A stretch of DNA of 32,000 bases from an archaeon (GTDB lineage Archaea; Nanobdellota; Nanobdellia; Woesearchaeales; UBA9642), in contig JAGVGF010000003.1 in assembly GCA_020057295.1 (NCBI GenBank), forward strand, positions 154,236 to 186,235, read 5' to 3'. The notes below the pieces were generated by a model. That model saw only the letters and a program-made list of their open reading frames with translations. It was not told the origin of the DNA and made no database searches. This document shows positions 7,474 to 15,706 of this stretch, piece by piece. Within the stretch, counting starts at the first letter, position 1; each line of letters starts with the position of its first letter. A program made the translations under genes and the position numbers.

Positions 7474-9592
7474 ATCATTAAAAGTTTCACTACAAAAATT
7501 ACTTGGTAGTAGAGCACACTATTCTTATTTGAGCGATGTTGTATTTCCAGAATTAGAACAACTAGTGGCTGATAATATTATTGTTCCTCAAGAATTACGT
7601 AAAATAAGAGAGAACGTCGAATCTAAAGGTGTTGGTATATTAAATCCTGAAGTATCTTTTAGATCAGACATAACACGTAATACTTATGAGGCTGATGGTT
7701 GGATTGCTGAAACAGTTAATGAACTTGCTCCAGGAGTAAATGTTTCACACATTATTAAGAAATGTTCATCTAAAGAAGATTTCAAACGTAGTGTTAGAAC
7801 TTATAGATCACTCGAAAGTGCATTAAAAGATACTCCTTATCAAGGCAAAATTCCTAAACATTTTTACGCTATAAAATCAAAAAAAATTATTGACGCGCCT
7901 TTTGTAAAGGGAAAAATACTTTCAAGAGAATTAGATGAAAGTTCACAAGAAGACAAAGAAGCGTATCTAAAAGGATGTATTGCAGATTATATAGATTTTT
8001 ACAAATTTTTGAATCAACCTGAAGTTTCTCAGAAATTAGATTTAGGGCAATTATCAGATTTTAATGAATTTTTCTTCTTCAAGTATTCAAAGAGCGGACC
8101 ATTATTCCAATTATATCAGAGGGATATCGGTAATGATCTGAATACCGTTGGTAAGAAAGTTATTCAAGGAGACTTAGTTCCAACTAACGTTCTACACGGT
8201 GCAGAAAATGCATCTGATTTTTCATATGTAGATTGGGGTAATGCAGTAAACAATGGATTTTTAGAATTTGATATAGGATATTTATTAAAAAAATCTAAAG
8301 TAACTCCTGAAGTTGAAGAGAAATTAGCAAGATATGCTGCAGAATTAGCTTATGATACTTCTGAAGATAGAGAAAGATCATTTAAGATATATACAAAAAA
8401 TATGATTACACAAGAATTATTATCTGCTAGAAGATATGTTGATAGATCAAAATCTAAGGATATAATTGACTCGGATCAAAGAGTTTCTTTAGAGAATATG
8501 GCTTTAGTAAATTATAATCGTGCAGTTGCAAGAACAAGAACTGCTGTAAATCGTGGAATTGTTAGTCAAGAATTTTTGAATGCTTTAGTTGATCAACCTA
8601 TCGATGGATTAAAAGTTGTAGAAAATTATGATCACTTACTAAAAGATTGGGATCCAGATGGGTCTATGTCGCAAGACAATTTAGTTCCAAAAGATATTAC
8701 AAAAGCAGAACAATATGATCCAAAAAAGAATTTGAAAGCTATAAAGAAAAGCATATTCCGTGAAAGATCCCGTTCATTGACTTATTCAGCCTTGAAAATA
8801 TTTGCTGTAGTCAGCGCTCTAAGTATGGCTGGAGGAATAATCTATAATCAGAATAGGGAAACTGAAATGCTAAAGGAAGATGCTGAAAAGACAAGAATAA
8901 GTTATCTTCAAGATAACACCACAAATTTATACGAAAGTTTATTCAGACGTCAATTCGATCTGGTTTCGAGAAGATTTGCCGAGGGATACAAGCAACTTAG
9001 TTTTAGAGAGAACGACACGAGAATTGACAGTGTAGCAAAAAAATATCAACTTGATCCACAATTAATAAGGAATATAATGAAGGTCAATAGAGTATATGCT
9101 GGATACACTACTTTGGCTAGTGACCAAACCCTTGATGTTGAGGGAATCAGTGTTGCTGATTGTATATCTATGGCTGACTCAATTAATGAAACGAGACGTA
9201 TGAGTACGTTTTATTTGCGTGATAATGAGGTAGAATCACTTGATCCTGTCAAGAATCTTGAGGCCTGTGCGCAAAGATTAAGTAAATATTTTAAAGAAGA
9301 AAAAGAAAAAACACCTCTAGAATCTGTAGGTTCATATGAAATATATGTCACAGAGCTCAATAAGCGTGTCTTAACAAGATTTTTCTTTCCATTTACGGAG
9401 AAAAAAGAACTTAATGTTGGAGAAAAAAGTTATCACATGCCTTATGGAGATTTCAGCGAATTAGAAATGAAAGATATACGTGATAGGGTTGTTAGACAGT
9501 TAGTCTATAATGCGATGTATGGAATATCTCACGGCGCGGAGTTCGGGCATTTGTATAGTTCATCATTAAAAACCCCTCCGGATAATTTTTAA
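7466..9592 (+). CDS. Membrane protein with an N-terminal protein-kinase-like (APH/choline-kinase-type) domain, a single TM helix, and a C-terminal domain of about 240 aa of unknown function
   Basis: The catalytic-loop-like sequence VIQGDLVPTNVL corresponds to HGDxxxxN with Q in place of H. It is followed by SYVDWGNAVNNGFLEFDIGYLL, matching the APH-family iDW..a..G....D pattern. A hydrophobic helix ALKIFAVVSALSMAGGIIY lies at about residue 450. The likely start is ATG 7466 (MSKSLKV) rather than the track's GTG 7457. Confidence 0.8.
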   Translation: MSKSLKVSLQKLLGSRAHYSYLSDVVFPELEQLVADNIIVPQELRKIRENVESKGVGILNPEVSFRSDITRNTYEADGWIAETVNELAPGVNVSHIIKKCSSKEDFKRSVRTYRSLESALKDTPYQGKIPKHFYAIKSKKIIDAPFVKGKILSRELDESSQEDKEAYLKGCIADYIDFYKFLNQPEVSQKLDLGQLSDFNEFFFFKYSKSGPLFQLYQRDIGNDLNTVGKKVIQGDLVPTNVLHGAENASDFSYVDWGNAVNNGFLEFDIGYLLKKSKVTPEVEEKLARYAAELAYDTSEDRERSFKIYTKNMITQELLSARRYVDRSKSKDIIDSDQRVSLENMALVNYNRAVARTRTAVNRGIVSQEFLNALVDQPIDGLKVVENYDHLLKDWDPDGSMSQDNLVPKDITKAEQYDPKKNLKAIKKSIFRERSRSLTYSALKIFAVVSALSMAGGIIYNQNRETEMLKEDAEKTRISYLQDNTTNLYESLFRRQFDLVSRRFAEGYKQLSFRENDTRIDSVAKKYQLDPQLIRNIMKVNRVYAGYTTLASDQTLDVEGISVADCISMADSINETRRMSTFYLRDNEVESLDPVKNLEACAQRLSKYFKEEKEKTPLESVGSYEIYVTELNKRVLTRFFFPFTEKKELNVGEKSYHMPYGDFSELEMKDIRDRVVRQLVYNAMYGISHGAEFGHLYSSSLKTPPDNF

Positions 9593-10494
9593 TTAATATT
9601 CAGTAACTGTCCCATTATTTTTATGATATGTTCTGTGATAGTTTCAAAATGTTTTAATATTATTATTTCGGAATTTTTTATTTTAGAATTTTCTAATTGT
9701 TTGTTTATTTCTTTTATTATTTTGTCTCTCTCTACAGCTATTTGTACAGCTTGATCGAAGTTGAATTTTAGAAATAATTTTTGCATCTCTTTATTGTAAC
9801 TATTTATATTTTGATATATTGAAATAAATTCTTTATTTAATTGCATATTGTTTTCTGTAATGTATTTGTTTAGCTTTTTATATTCGTCCGCTATCTCTTC
9901 TATCAAAAACAATGCGCAATACAGTACTGCTGTTTTCTTATGATCTGAATGTCCCTTCTTGTTTAGTATTCTAAAACAATAGTCTGTGAATTTATTGATA
10001 TTTTTTTCAATATCTGATGTGTATTCTAAGTCTGTATTTTTTTCTTGAATTGTTTTTAGGCTTTCATCAGATAATGTGTTGAGTAGATATAATACTCTTT
10101 TTATTATATTTTCAAAATTGTCTTCTCCTGCGGATGCCATATCTTTGATTATTATTCTGTCTTTTCCTTGATCTATTATTTCTACTCCTATTAATTCGTC
10201 AACTCTTCGTTGTATGATTCTTGATTTATCTAGTGTATCAAATATTACTTCTATTTCATCATTGCCTTTTAGATATCTTGAAACTAAAATTCTTTTCATT
10301 AACTTATCATATTTTGATAGATCTATTATTTCTCTTACTACTGAGCCTTTTCCATCTGTTGTAATTACTAAACTACTGTTTTCTTGTTCTACGTTTATCT
10401 CATCGCCAGGCTTCAAATTTGTTGTTTTGAACCATTTACTTGGTAGACTTATGACCATTGTTGCTGGTCCTAATTTCATTATTTTCCGCTTCAT
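9589..10494 (-). CDS. AbrB/SpoVT-domain plus PhoU-domain transcriptional regulator (archaeal phosphate-uptake-regulator-like)
   Basis: The N-terminus MKRKIMKLGPATMVISLPSKWFKTTNLKPGDEINV is a SpoVT-AbrB swapped-hairpin motif. The C-terminal helical repeats include the PhoU-like FLIEEIADEY. The start is set at ATG 10494, 30 nt downstream of a minus-strand TTTATATA. The track's TTG 10512 is rejected. Confidence 0.85.
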   Translation of the reverse strand: MKRKIMKLGPATMVISLPSKWFKTTNLKPGDEINVEQENSSLVITTDGKGSVVREIIDLSKYDKLMKRILVSRYLKGNDEIEVIFDTLDKSRIIQRRVDELIGVEIIDQGKDRIIIKDMASAGEDNFENIIKRVLYLLNTLSDESLKTIQEKNTDLEYTSDIEKNINKFTDYCFRILNKKGHSDHKKTAVLYCALFLIEEIADEYKKLNKYITENNMQLNKEFISIYQNINSYNKEMQKLFLKFNFDQAVQIAVERDKIIKEINKQLENSKIKNSEIIILKHFETITEHIIKIMGQLLNIN

Positions 10495-10516
10495 AACAAT
10501 GGTTAAGCACAAATAA

Positions 10517-10524
10517 TATATAAA
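10517..10524 (-). promoter_or_regulatory. TATA box (TTTATATA on the minus strand) for the leaderless AbrB-PhoU regulator gene
   Basis: The TATA first base lies exactly 30 nt from ATG 10494. The nop5, dph6 and 21463 genes show the same 30-nt spacing and cysS shows 29. Confidence 0.5.
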
Positions 10525-10732
10525 TATTTCGAATTTATCTATATATCTATATACATATATAGTATATATTAAAAAAATATATATAAGTGGTTGCTGTTTC
10601 TATATTAAACGTCACTACTACAAAGATACAACCATTGTTCGGGGGTAAAAACGTGTAGTGCCAAATGGGGGATAGCAAACAAGACAGAAATGTCAAAAAA
10701 CTATTTCTCAAAAAAATTCACATTAAAAAACT

Positions 10733-10844
10733 ACGGGGGAAAAATAAAATGAATAAAACAATAATTGGAATGTTTAGTTTATTTTTAGTAGCTTTATTTA
10801 TAGTTGGATGTACACAAACACCAACTGGACCAACAGGTCAAGTA
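10733..10844 (+). repeat. Direct repeat copy A: SD, start codon and signal-peptide/lipobox cassette
   Basis: By manual alignment, 112 nt match 11919-12030 with 5 mismatches and no indel. The repeat covers ACGGGGGAAAAATAAA-ATG and the codons for MNKTIIG(M/I)FSLF..LFIVGCTQTPTGPTGQV. Confidence 0.85.
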
Positions 10845-11888
10845 ATAGATAATAGCAATATACAAACAGCAACACCAACAGTAGCAAAACAAACAATAGT
10901 TATCGGTCAATCTGCAGTATTAACTGGCGATTTAGCAAGTTTAGGCCAAGGTGCGGCTAACTCAGCAGCATTAGCCTTATCAAAACTTCCAGCAGATACA
11001 AAATATAATTATAAAATAATTTTAGAAGATGATAGGCTTGACGGAAAAACAGCAGCATCTATTGCACAAAAATTTGTAACATCAGATAATGTTGATGCAA
11101 TCATAAGTTTCAGTTCAGGAATGGGTAATGTATTTAGTCCTATAACTGAATCTAATAAAATTATACATTGTGGAATTGCATCAGATAAAGCAATTGCTAA
11201 TGGAACATATAATTTCTTACATTGGACAACTCCAGAAGAAGAAAATAAAGTAATGATTAGAGAATTGAAAGTACGTAATGTTACAAGAATAGGATTTCTA
11301 GCGATGAATCAGCAAGGAGCAATTGCAATATTAGATAATATTAGATTACAGGCTGAGCCTGTTGGAATAAAAGTTGAAAGTCAAATATACAATCCTGGAG
11401 AAAAAGATTTCAAGACTATATTATTGAAATTTCAGGAGCAAAATGTAGACTATATTGTACTACAGGCATTTAGTCCTGAACTAGAAATATTTGCAAAGCA
11501 GTACAAGGAATTAGACGTTAAAACACCAATGACCAGTATTGAATCTTTCGAGTTCAGTGATCAACCACAATTATTCGAAGGATTATGGTATGTTCAATCA
11601 GCAGATGCAACTTCAGAGTTTAGAACTAATTACAAAGCAACATACGGTAAAGACTTCAAACCAGGATCACCAAATGCTTACGATTGTGTAAATCTAATAG
11701 TTAAAGCATACGAAACTGCTGGAAACGGAAAAACAAAGCCAGCACAGGATGTTGTAGCAAAAGAATTTGCTAAGATACAAAACTTTCCTGGAGCATTAGG
11801 ACCACTAACTGTAGATCAAAATCATATCGTACAAAGTCATGCAGTCGTTAGAGTAATAACAAACGGAACACCAATAACAATCGACTAA
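10749..11888 (+). CDS. ABC transporter substrate-binding protein, Leu/Ile/Val-binding (LivJ/K-like, type I PBP), lipobox-type signal
   Basis: The start is moved from the track's 10665 to ATG 10749. Reasons: the identical start context of the paralogue at 11935, and GGGGG 9 nt upstream. Signal peptide plus IVGC lipobox-like motif. The mature part has the LTGDLASLGQ motif typical of the family. Confidence 0.9.
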   Translation: MNKTIIGMFSLFLVALFIVGCTQTPTGPTGQVIDNSNIQTATPTVAKQTIVIGQSAVLTGDLASLGQGAANSAALALSKLPADTKYNYKIILEDDRLDGKTAASIAQKFVTSDNVDAIISFSSGMGNVFSPITESNKIIHCGIASDKAIANGTYNFLHWTTPEEENKVMIRELKVRNVTRIGFLAMNQQGAIAILDNIRLQAEPVGIKVESQIYNPGEKDFKTILLKFQEQNVDYIVLQAFSPELEIFAKQYKELDVKTPMTSIESFEFSDQPQLFEGLWYVQSADATSEFRTNYKATYGKDFKPGSPNAYDCVNLIVKAYETAGNGKTKPAQDVVAKEFAKIQNFPGALGPLTVDQNHIVQSHAVVRVITNGTPITID

Positions 11889-11918
11889 ACATGGAATTTT
11901 TTTATATTAAATAATATA

Positions 11919-12030
11919 ACGGGGGAAAAATAAAATGAATAAAACAATAATTGGAATTTTTAGTTTATTTGTAGTTTGTTTATTTATAGTTGGATGTACA
12001 CAAACACCAACTGGACCAACAGGTCAAGTA
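11919..12030 (+). repeat. Direct repeat copy B: SD, start codon and signal-peptide/lipobox cassette
   Basis: See copy A. Identity drops abruptly after GGTCAAGTA (..TGQV). Confidence 0.85.
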
Positions 12031-13089
12031 GTAACTAATACACAAGCAGTAAAGACTCAAGAACCAATCAAGTTCGGTATAATTATGCCATTGACTGGCG
12101 ATGCAGCAAGCATAGGACAATCTGTAGTTAATGCAGTAAATTTAGCTGCTGAAGAGATCAATGCAAAAGGCGGCATTGATGGAAGAAAAGTAGTAATCCT
12201 AGCGGAAGATGGTAAATGTAATGGTAAAGATGCAGTAAACGCAATGAACAAATTAGTATCTGTGGACAGTATACATTACATGATTGGTGCAGGATGCAGT
12301 TCAGAAACATTAGCAGTAGTACCCATTGCAGAAGCAAATAAAGTAGTAATGTTAAGTCCAGCAAGTTCAAACCCTTCGATAACTAATTCAGGAGATTATA
12401 TATTTAGAGATTATCCTTCTGATTCGTTTGCAGGAGATTTCGCAGCAAAATACATATATGATGGTGGCGCAAGAACAGTTGCAATAGCATCTTGTCAAAG
12501 TGATTATTGTACTGCAATCGGAGATGTTTTCGCAAAGAAATTCAAGCAGCTTGGTGGAAAAGTAGTCTTTAATGAACAATTCCCAATGACGACAACAGAT
12601 ATGAAGACAATATTATCAAAGATAAAGGATGTAAATCCTGATATGATATATATGCCATCATACACAGAATCAACAATACTAGCATTCAAGCAGGCTAAAG
12701 AATTAGGAATACCGTCCGACAAATTTTTCGGAGGAGATGCATGGGATGATCCAAAGATATGGACTAGCACAAGTGGATTTTCCGATGGTGCAAAATATAC
12801 TTTAGTAGGAGCAGATGTTCCACAAGAATTCAAACAAAAATATGTTAACAAGTATGGTCCAGATATGGCATTAACTTTAGGAGCAACTCAAGGTTATGAT
12901 GCATTATACGTCTTCAAGAAAGTAATAGAACAAGCAGGAGACAATCCAGAAGCCGTAAAGACAGCATTATACGATGTCCAAAACTATCATGGATATTCTG
13001 GAACAATAAGTTTTGACAGTAACGGAGACTTAAAGGAATCACAATATAGTGTGATGACTATAAAGAACGGAAAAGCTGTGAAAGAATAA
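11935..13089 (+). CDS. ABC transporter substrate-binding protein, Leu/Ile/Val-binding family (paralogue 2)
   Basis: 384 aa with the IVGC lipobox-like signal. IKFGIIMPLTGDAASIGQ ... AKGGIDGRKVVILAEDGKCNGKDAV is closely similar to paralogue 3. Confidence 0.9.
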   Translation: MNKTIIGIFSLFVVCLFIVGCTQTPTGPTGQVVTNTQAVKTQEPIKFGIIMPLTGDAASIGQSVVNAVNLAAEEINAKGGIDGRKVVILAEDGKCNGKDAVNAMNKLVSVDSIHYMIGAGCSSETLAVVPIAEANKVVMLSPASSNPSITNSGDYIFRDYPSDSFAGDFAAKYIYDGGARTVAIASCQSDYCTAIGDVFAKKFKQLGGKVVFNEQFPMTTTDMKTILSKIKDVNPDMIYMPSYTESTILAFKQAKELGIPSDKFFGGDAWDDPKIWTSTSGFSDGAKYTLVGADVPQEFKQKYVNKYGPDMALTLGATQGYDALYVFKKVIEQAGDNPEAVKTALYDVQNYHGYSGTISFDSNGDLKESQYSVMTIKNGKAVKE

Positions 13090-13092
13090 ATA

Positions 13093-13110
13093 TTTTTATT
13101 TTTTTTATTT
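13093..13110 (+). terminator. Oligo-T tract (TTTTTATTTTTTTTATTT), a candidate archaeal terminator
   Basis: T-run immediately after the stop at 13089. Oligo-T termination is established for archaeal RNA polymerase. Confidence 0.5.
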
Positions 13111-13163
13111 AGTATTACAATAATTATAATAGAAATGATAATAGATTTTTGGGGGAAATTAAA

Positions 13164-13679
13164 ATGACAAAGAATTATGAATTAACTGTTCAACCAGGAT
13201 TGGTTGTTAGAGAAACATACACTGTAAAGTTTGATAAAATATCAAAACAACAGGCGCCACAAGTAGATGGTTCGTTCAAAGCACCTTATGTTGCAACTGT
13301 AGAAGTTCCATTAGGTGAAGAAGGCGTTTCAGTAATCTCAGATGGTAGCGAGTTTATTGCAGATTTCAGAAAAAGAGGTAATAACACACCAAAGAGAATA
13401 TTGAATCTAGGCAAATTAGTCTATAAAATTATAGCTAGTGAATGTGGAGCAATATTCAGTAAGACAGACAAGAGTGTAGTTTCATACACCGGATTGCCTG
13501 TAGAAGCCGAAGAAGCTGTAAAACGTGCTGAAGAAGATTTCAAGAAAGCATGGAGTGCATACAACGATGCAAGATTCTTACCAGAAGAGCGAACAGTACT
13601 TACAAAAAGAGAAATGGTACGTGTAACTCCTAAAGGTATAGAAAGAGTTCCTGCAGAAACATTAGACGATAAGATGTAA
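13164..13679 (+). CDS. Hypothetical cytoplasmic protein (171 aa)
   Basis: The ORF has GGGGGA 6 nt before ATG 13164; the track's TTG 13149 start would include the SD itself. No signal peptide, TM segment or recognisable motif. It is flanked by oligo-T tracts. Confidence 0.7.
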   Translation: MTKNYELTVQPGLVVRETYTVKFDKISKQQAPQVDGSFKAPYVATVEVPLGEEGVSVISDGSEFIADFRKRGNNTPKRILNLGKLVYKIIASECGAIFSKTDKSVVSYTGLPVEAEEAVKRAEEDFKKAWSAYNDARFLPEERTVLTKREMVRVTPKGIERVPAETLDDKM

Positions 13680-13688
13680 TCTTATCAA

Positions 13689-13708
13689 TTTTTTATTTTT
13701 TTATTTTT
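13689..13708 (+). terminator. Oligo-T tract, a candidate archaeal terminator
   Basis: TTTTTTATTTTTTTATTTTT lies 10 nt after the stop at 13679. Confidence 0.5.
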
Positions 13709-13748
13709 AATATTATAATCACAATCAAAAAATAATGTTGGGGAAAAC

Positions 13749-14420
13749 ATGAAAACACCTTACTATCACAACTATATTCAAGCCGTGGATCATCCATTGC
13801 CTGAATTGAAAGAGACATTCGAAAGAGAGACAGGTCTCTTATTAACATATGTGATAGAAACTACAGAGGCAGGCTCTACAATTGTAGATTTAGGTTGCGG
13901 AATAGGAAGACCATTAATCGATTTAGCTTTTTCGTATGCAACAAGAGAATATTTTGGAATAGATAACGATCCTAATATGATTCGAATAGCTAAAAGACGT
14001 AGAAACAGGGGAAATGTAAGATACAGAATTAATTTATCGACGCAAAATTTTTTGGAATCAAATATAGATAGTGCTTTTTCAAATTTAACATATTCAACAT
14101 ATAATTCCATCGGTCATCTAACTGATATTGAAAAGGAATTATTGATTAAAGAAAAATCTAGAATAACACGTTCGGAAGGACATGTTATTACTGTAACTTG
14201 GAATAGAGATGAAAGAACAACAGAATTTTTACAGAAATACTATCCACATATAGGATTAAAAATAATCTATTCTAGCGAAAATGGGACTGTTACAGATCAA
14301 GGGTCTTTTGATAGAGTACATCCGAGCAGAATAATGGATTTGTATAAGAGATTTAACATAAAACCTGTAGATGTTCAAGATTTAGGTTTATGGACCGCAG
14401 TCATAGGAAGAAAACAATAG
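13749..14420 (+). CDS. Class I SAM-dependent methyltransferase
   Basis: Motif I IVDLGCGIGRP, followed by the acidic post-beta2 residue in YFGIDNDPNMI. 223 aa. GGGGAAAAC precedes the ATG. Confidence 0.8.
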   Translation: MKTPYYHNYIQAVDHPLPELKETFERETGLLLTYVIETTEAGSTIVDLGCGIGRPLIDLAFSYATREYFGIDNDPNMIRIAKRRRNRGNVRYRINLSTQNFLESNIDSAFSNLTYSTYNSIGHLTDIEKELLIKEKSRITRSEGHVITVTWNRDERTTEFLQKYYPHIGLKIIYSSENGTVTDQGSFDRVHPSRIMDLYKRFNIKPVDVQDLGLWTAVIGRKQ

Positions 14421-14432
14421 GAGGAAATTAAA

Positions 14433-15611
14433 ATGAATAAAAAATTTGATAAAAATTTTTGGTATGTTTTTGGAACATCAGTTGGCATAATTGTAGTTGC
14501 TGTACTGATTGTTATGATGATTGTAGATTTAAGTACAACTAAAGGACTAACAGGTCAAGTAATAAAAAATAAAGATTCTATAAAATTAGGTCTTATCACT
14601 CCATTGACTGGTGATGCAGCATCATTTGGTCAAGCTGAATTAGATGCAACAAATATTGCTATAGATGAAATTAATTCTAAAGGCGGAGTTAATGGTAGAT
14701 TATTACAATTAATCCCTGAAGATGGAAGATGTAATGGAAGAGATGCAACAAGTGCTGCTCAGAAATTAATTAATATAGATAAAGTAAGAATTATTTTAGG
14801 CGGAGCATGCAGTGGAGAAACATTAGCAATCGCACCAATATCAGAACCAAGCAAGATAATATTATTTGCCGCATTCTCTAGCAGTCCAAAAATAAGTGAT
14901 GCAGGAGAGTATATTTTCAGAAATAGTCCAACAGATAATGATTGGGCACCAATAATGGCTGAAACGTTAACAAAACAAGGTTATAAAAAAGTTGCAGTTG
15001 TAACAGAAAATACAGATTATGCAATGGGTGTTAGAGATATATTCAAAGTAAAATTTAAGGAACTTGGTGGAACAATAGTTGCTGATGAAGTATACAGTCA
15101 AGGATCCAAGGATTTCAGAACACAAATACTAAAAGTAAAAGATGGAAATCCTGATGTAATATTCGTAAATCCGCAAGATGATGTATCAGGCGCGTTGCTT
15201 GCAAAACAATTAAGAGAATTAGGAGTAAATACTCCATTTTATAGTGCATTCTTCTTAAGCAGTCCAAAAGCTATAGAATTAGCAGGATCTGCAGTCGAAG
15301 GAGCAACATACTTAGATGTAAGAGATTTGAGTACAAATGCAGGGAAAGCTCTTATTGAAGAATATAAGAGAGAAAAAGGAACTCCTGTAAGTGAATTTAT
15401 CATAGGAGCAAATTATGATAGAGTTTACATAATTAAGGGAGCTCTAGAAAAATGTTCTGAAGATACTACTTGTATTAAGAATTATCTTTACACTATAAAA
15501 AATTACGAAGGAGTAATCGGAACATACGGTTTCAAAAGTAATGGCGATATGGACACAGTGTTCTTATCGATGAAAAGAATCGTAAATGGAACTTCAATCG
15601 TACTAGAATAA
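14433..15611 (+). CDS. ABC transporter substrate-binding protein, Leu/Ile/Val-binding family (paralogue 3), with an N-terminal TM anchor instead of a lipobox
   Basis: AGGAGG 7 nt upstream. The uncleaved-looking anchor FGTSVGIIVVAVLIVMMIV contains no Cys and is followed by the linker LTGQV shared with the paralogues. IKLGLITPLTGDAASFGQ ... KGGVNGRLLQLIPEDGRCNGRDAT. Confidence 0.9.
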   Translation: MNKKFDKNFWYVFGTSVGIIVVAVLIVMMIVDLSTTKGLTGQVIKNKDSIKLGLITPLTGDAASFGQAELDATNIAIDEINSKGGVNGRLLQLIPEDGRCNGRDATSAAQKLINIDKVRIILGGACSGETLAIAPISEPSKIILFAAFSSSPKISDAGEYIFRNSPTDNDWAPIMAETLTKQGYKKVAVVTENTDYAMGVRDIFKVKFKELGGTIVADEVYSQGSKDFRTQILKVKDGNPDVIFVNPQDDVSGALLAKQLRELGVNTPFYSAFFLSSPKAIELAGSAVEGATYLDVRDLSTNAGKALIEEYKREKGTPVSEFIIGANYDRVYIIKGALEKCSEDTTCIKNYLYTIKNYEGVIGTYGFKSNGDMDTVFLSMKRIVNGTSIVLE

Positions 15612-15627
15612 GCTTATTTATTTTCAA

Positions 15628-15683
15628 GGCGGCACGAGTTTATGCTATCCCTAATAGTAATTTACATAAATTCACGTGCCGCC
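15628..15683 (+). promoter_or_regulatory. GC-rich inverted repeat with a 9-bp perfect stem (GGCGGCACG...CGTGCCGCC) and a 38-nt loop
   Basis: 15628-15636 is the exact reverse complement of 15675-15683. It is one of the most GC-rich 9-mers I noticed in the intergenic DNA of this AT-rich window. It lies between the last binding-protein gene and livH. Confidence 0.4.
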
Positions 15684-15706
15684 GAGATACTTTAAAGAGA
15701 TGAAAA

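Noticed and set aside
10513-10587. TA-rich low-complexity tract (ATATATAAATA...CTATATATCTATATACATATATAGTATATATT), considered as a micro-satellite or replication-origin-like element
   Set aside because: There is no regular repeat unit, ORB-like box or adjacent cdc6/orc gene. It is best explained as a bidirectional promoter region with several TATA-like boxes.
10665-10748. 28-codon N-terminal extension of the first binding-protein gene (track start ATG 10665), and a 20-codon out-of-frame uORF from ATG 10690
   Set aside because: The paralogue at 11935 starts at the equivalent of 10749 with an identical SD context. The extension would put a highly basic tail in front of a signal peptide. The uORF has no support beyond being open.
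12057-12851. Four minus-strand ORFs (63-115 aa) antisense to binding-protein gene 2
   Set aside because: These are shadow ORFs inside a well-supported plus-strand gene. The translations are Cys/Leu/Ile-rich nonsense with no start signals.
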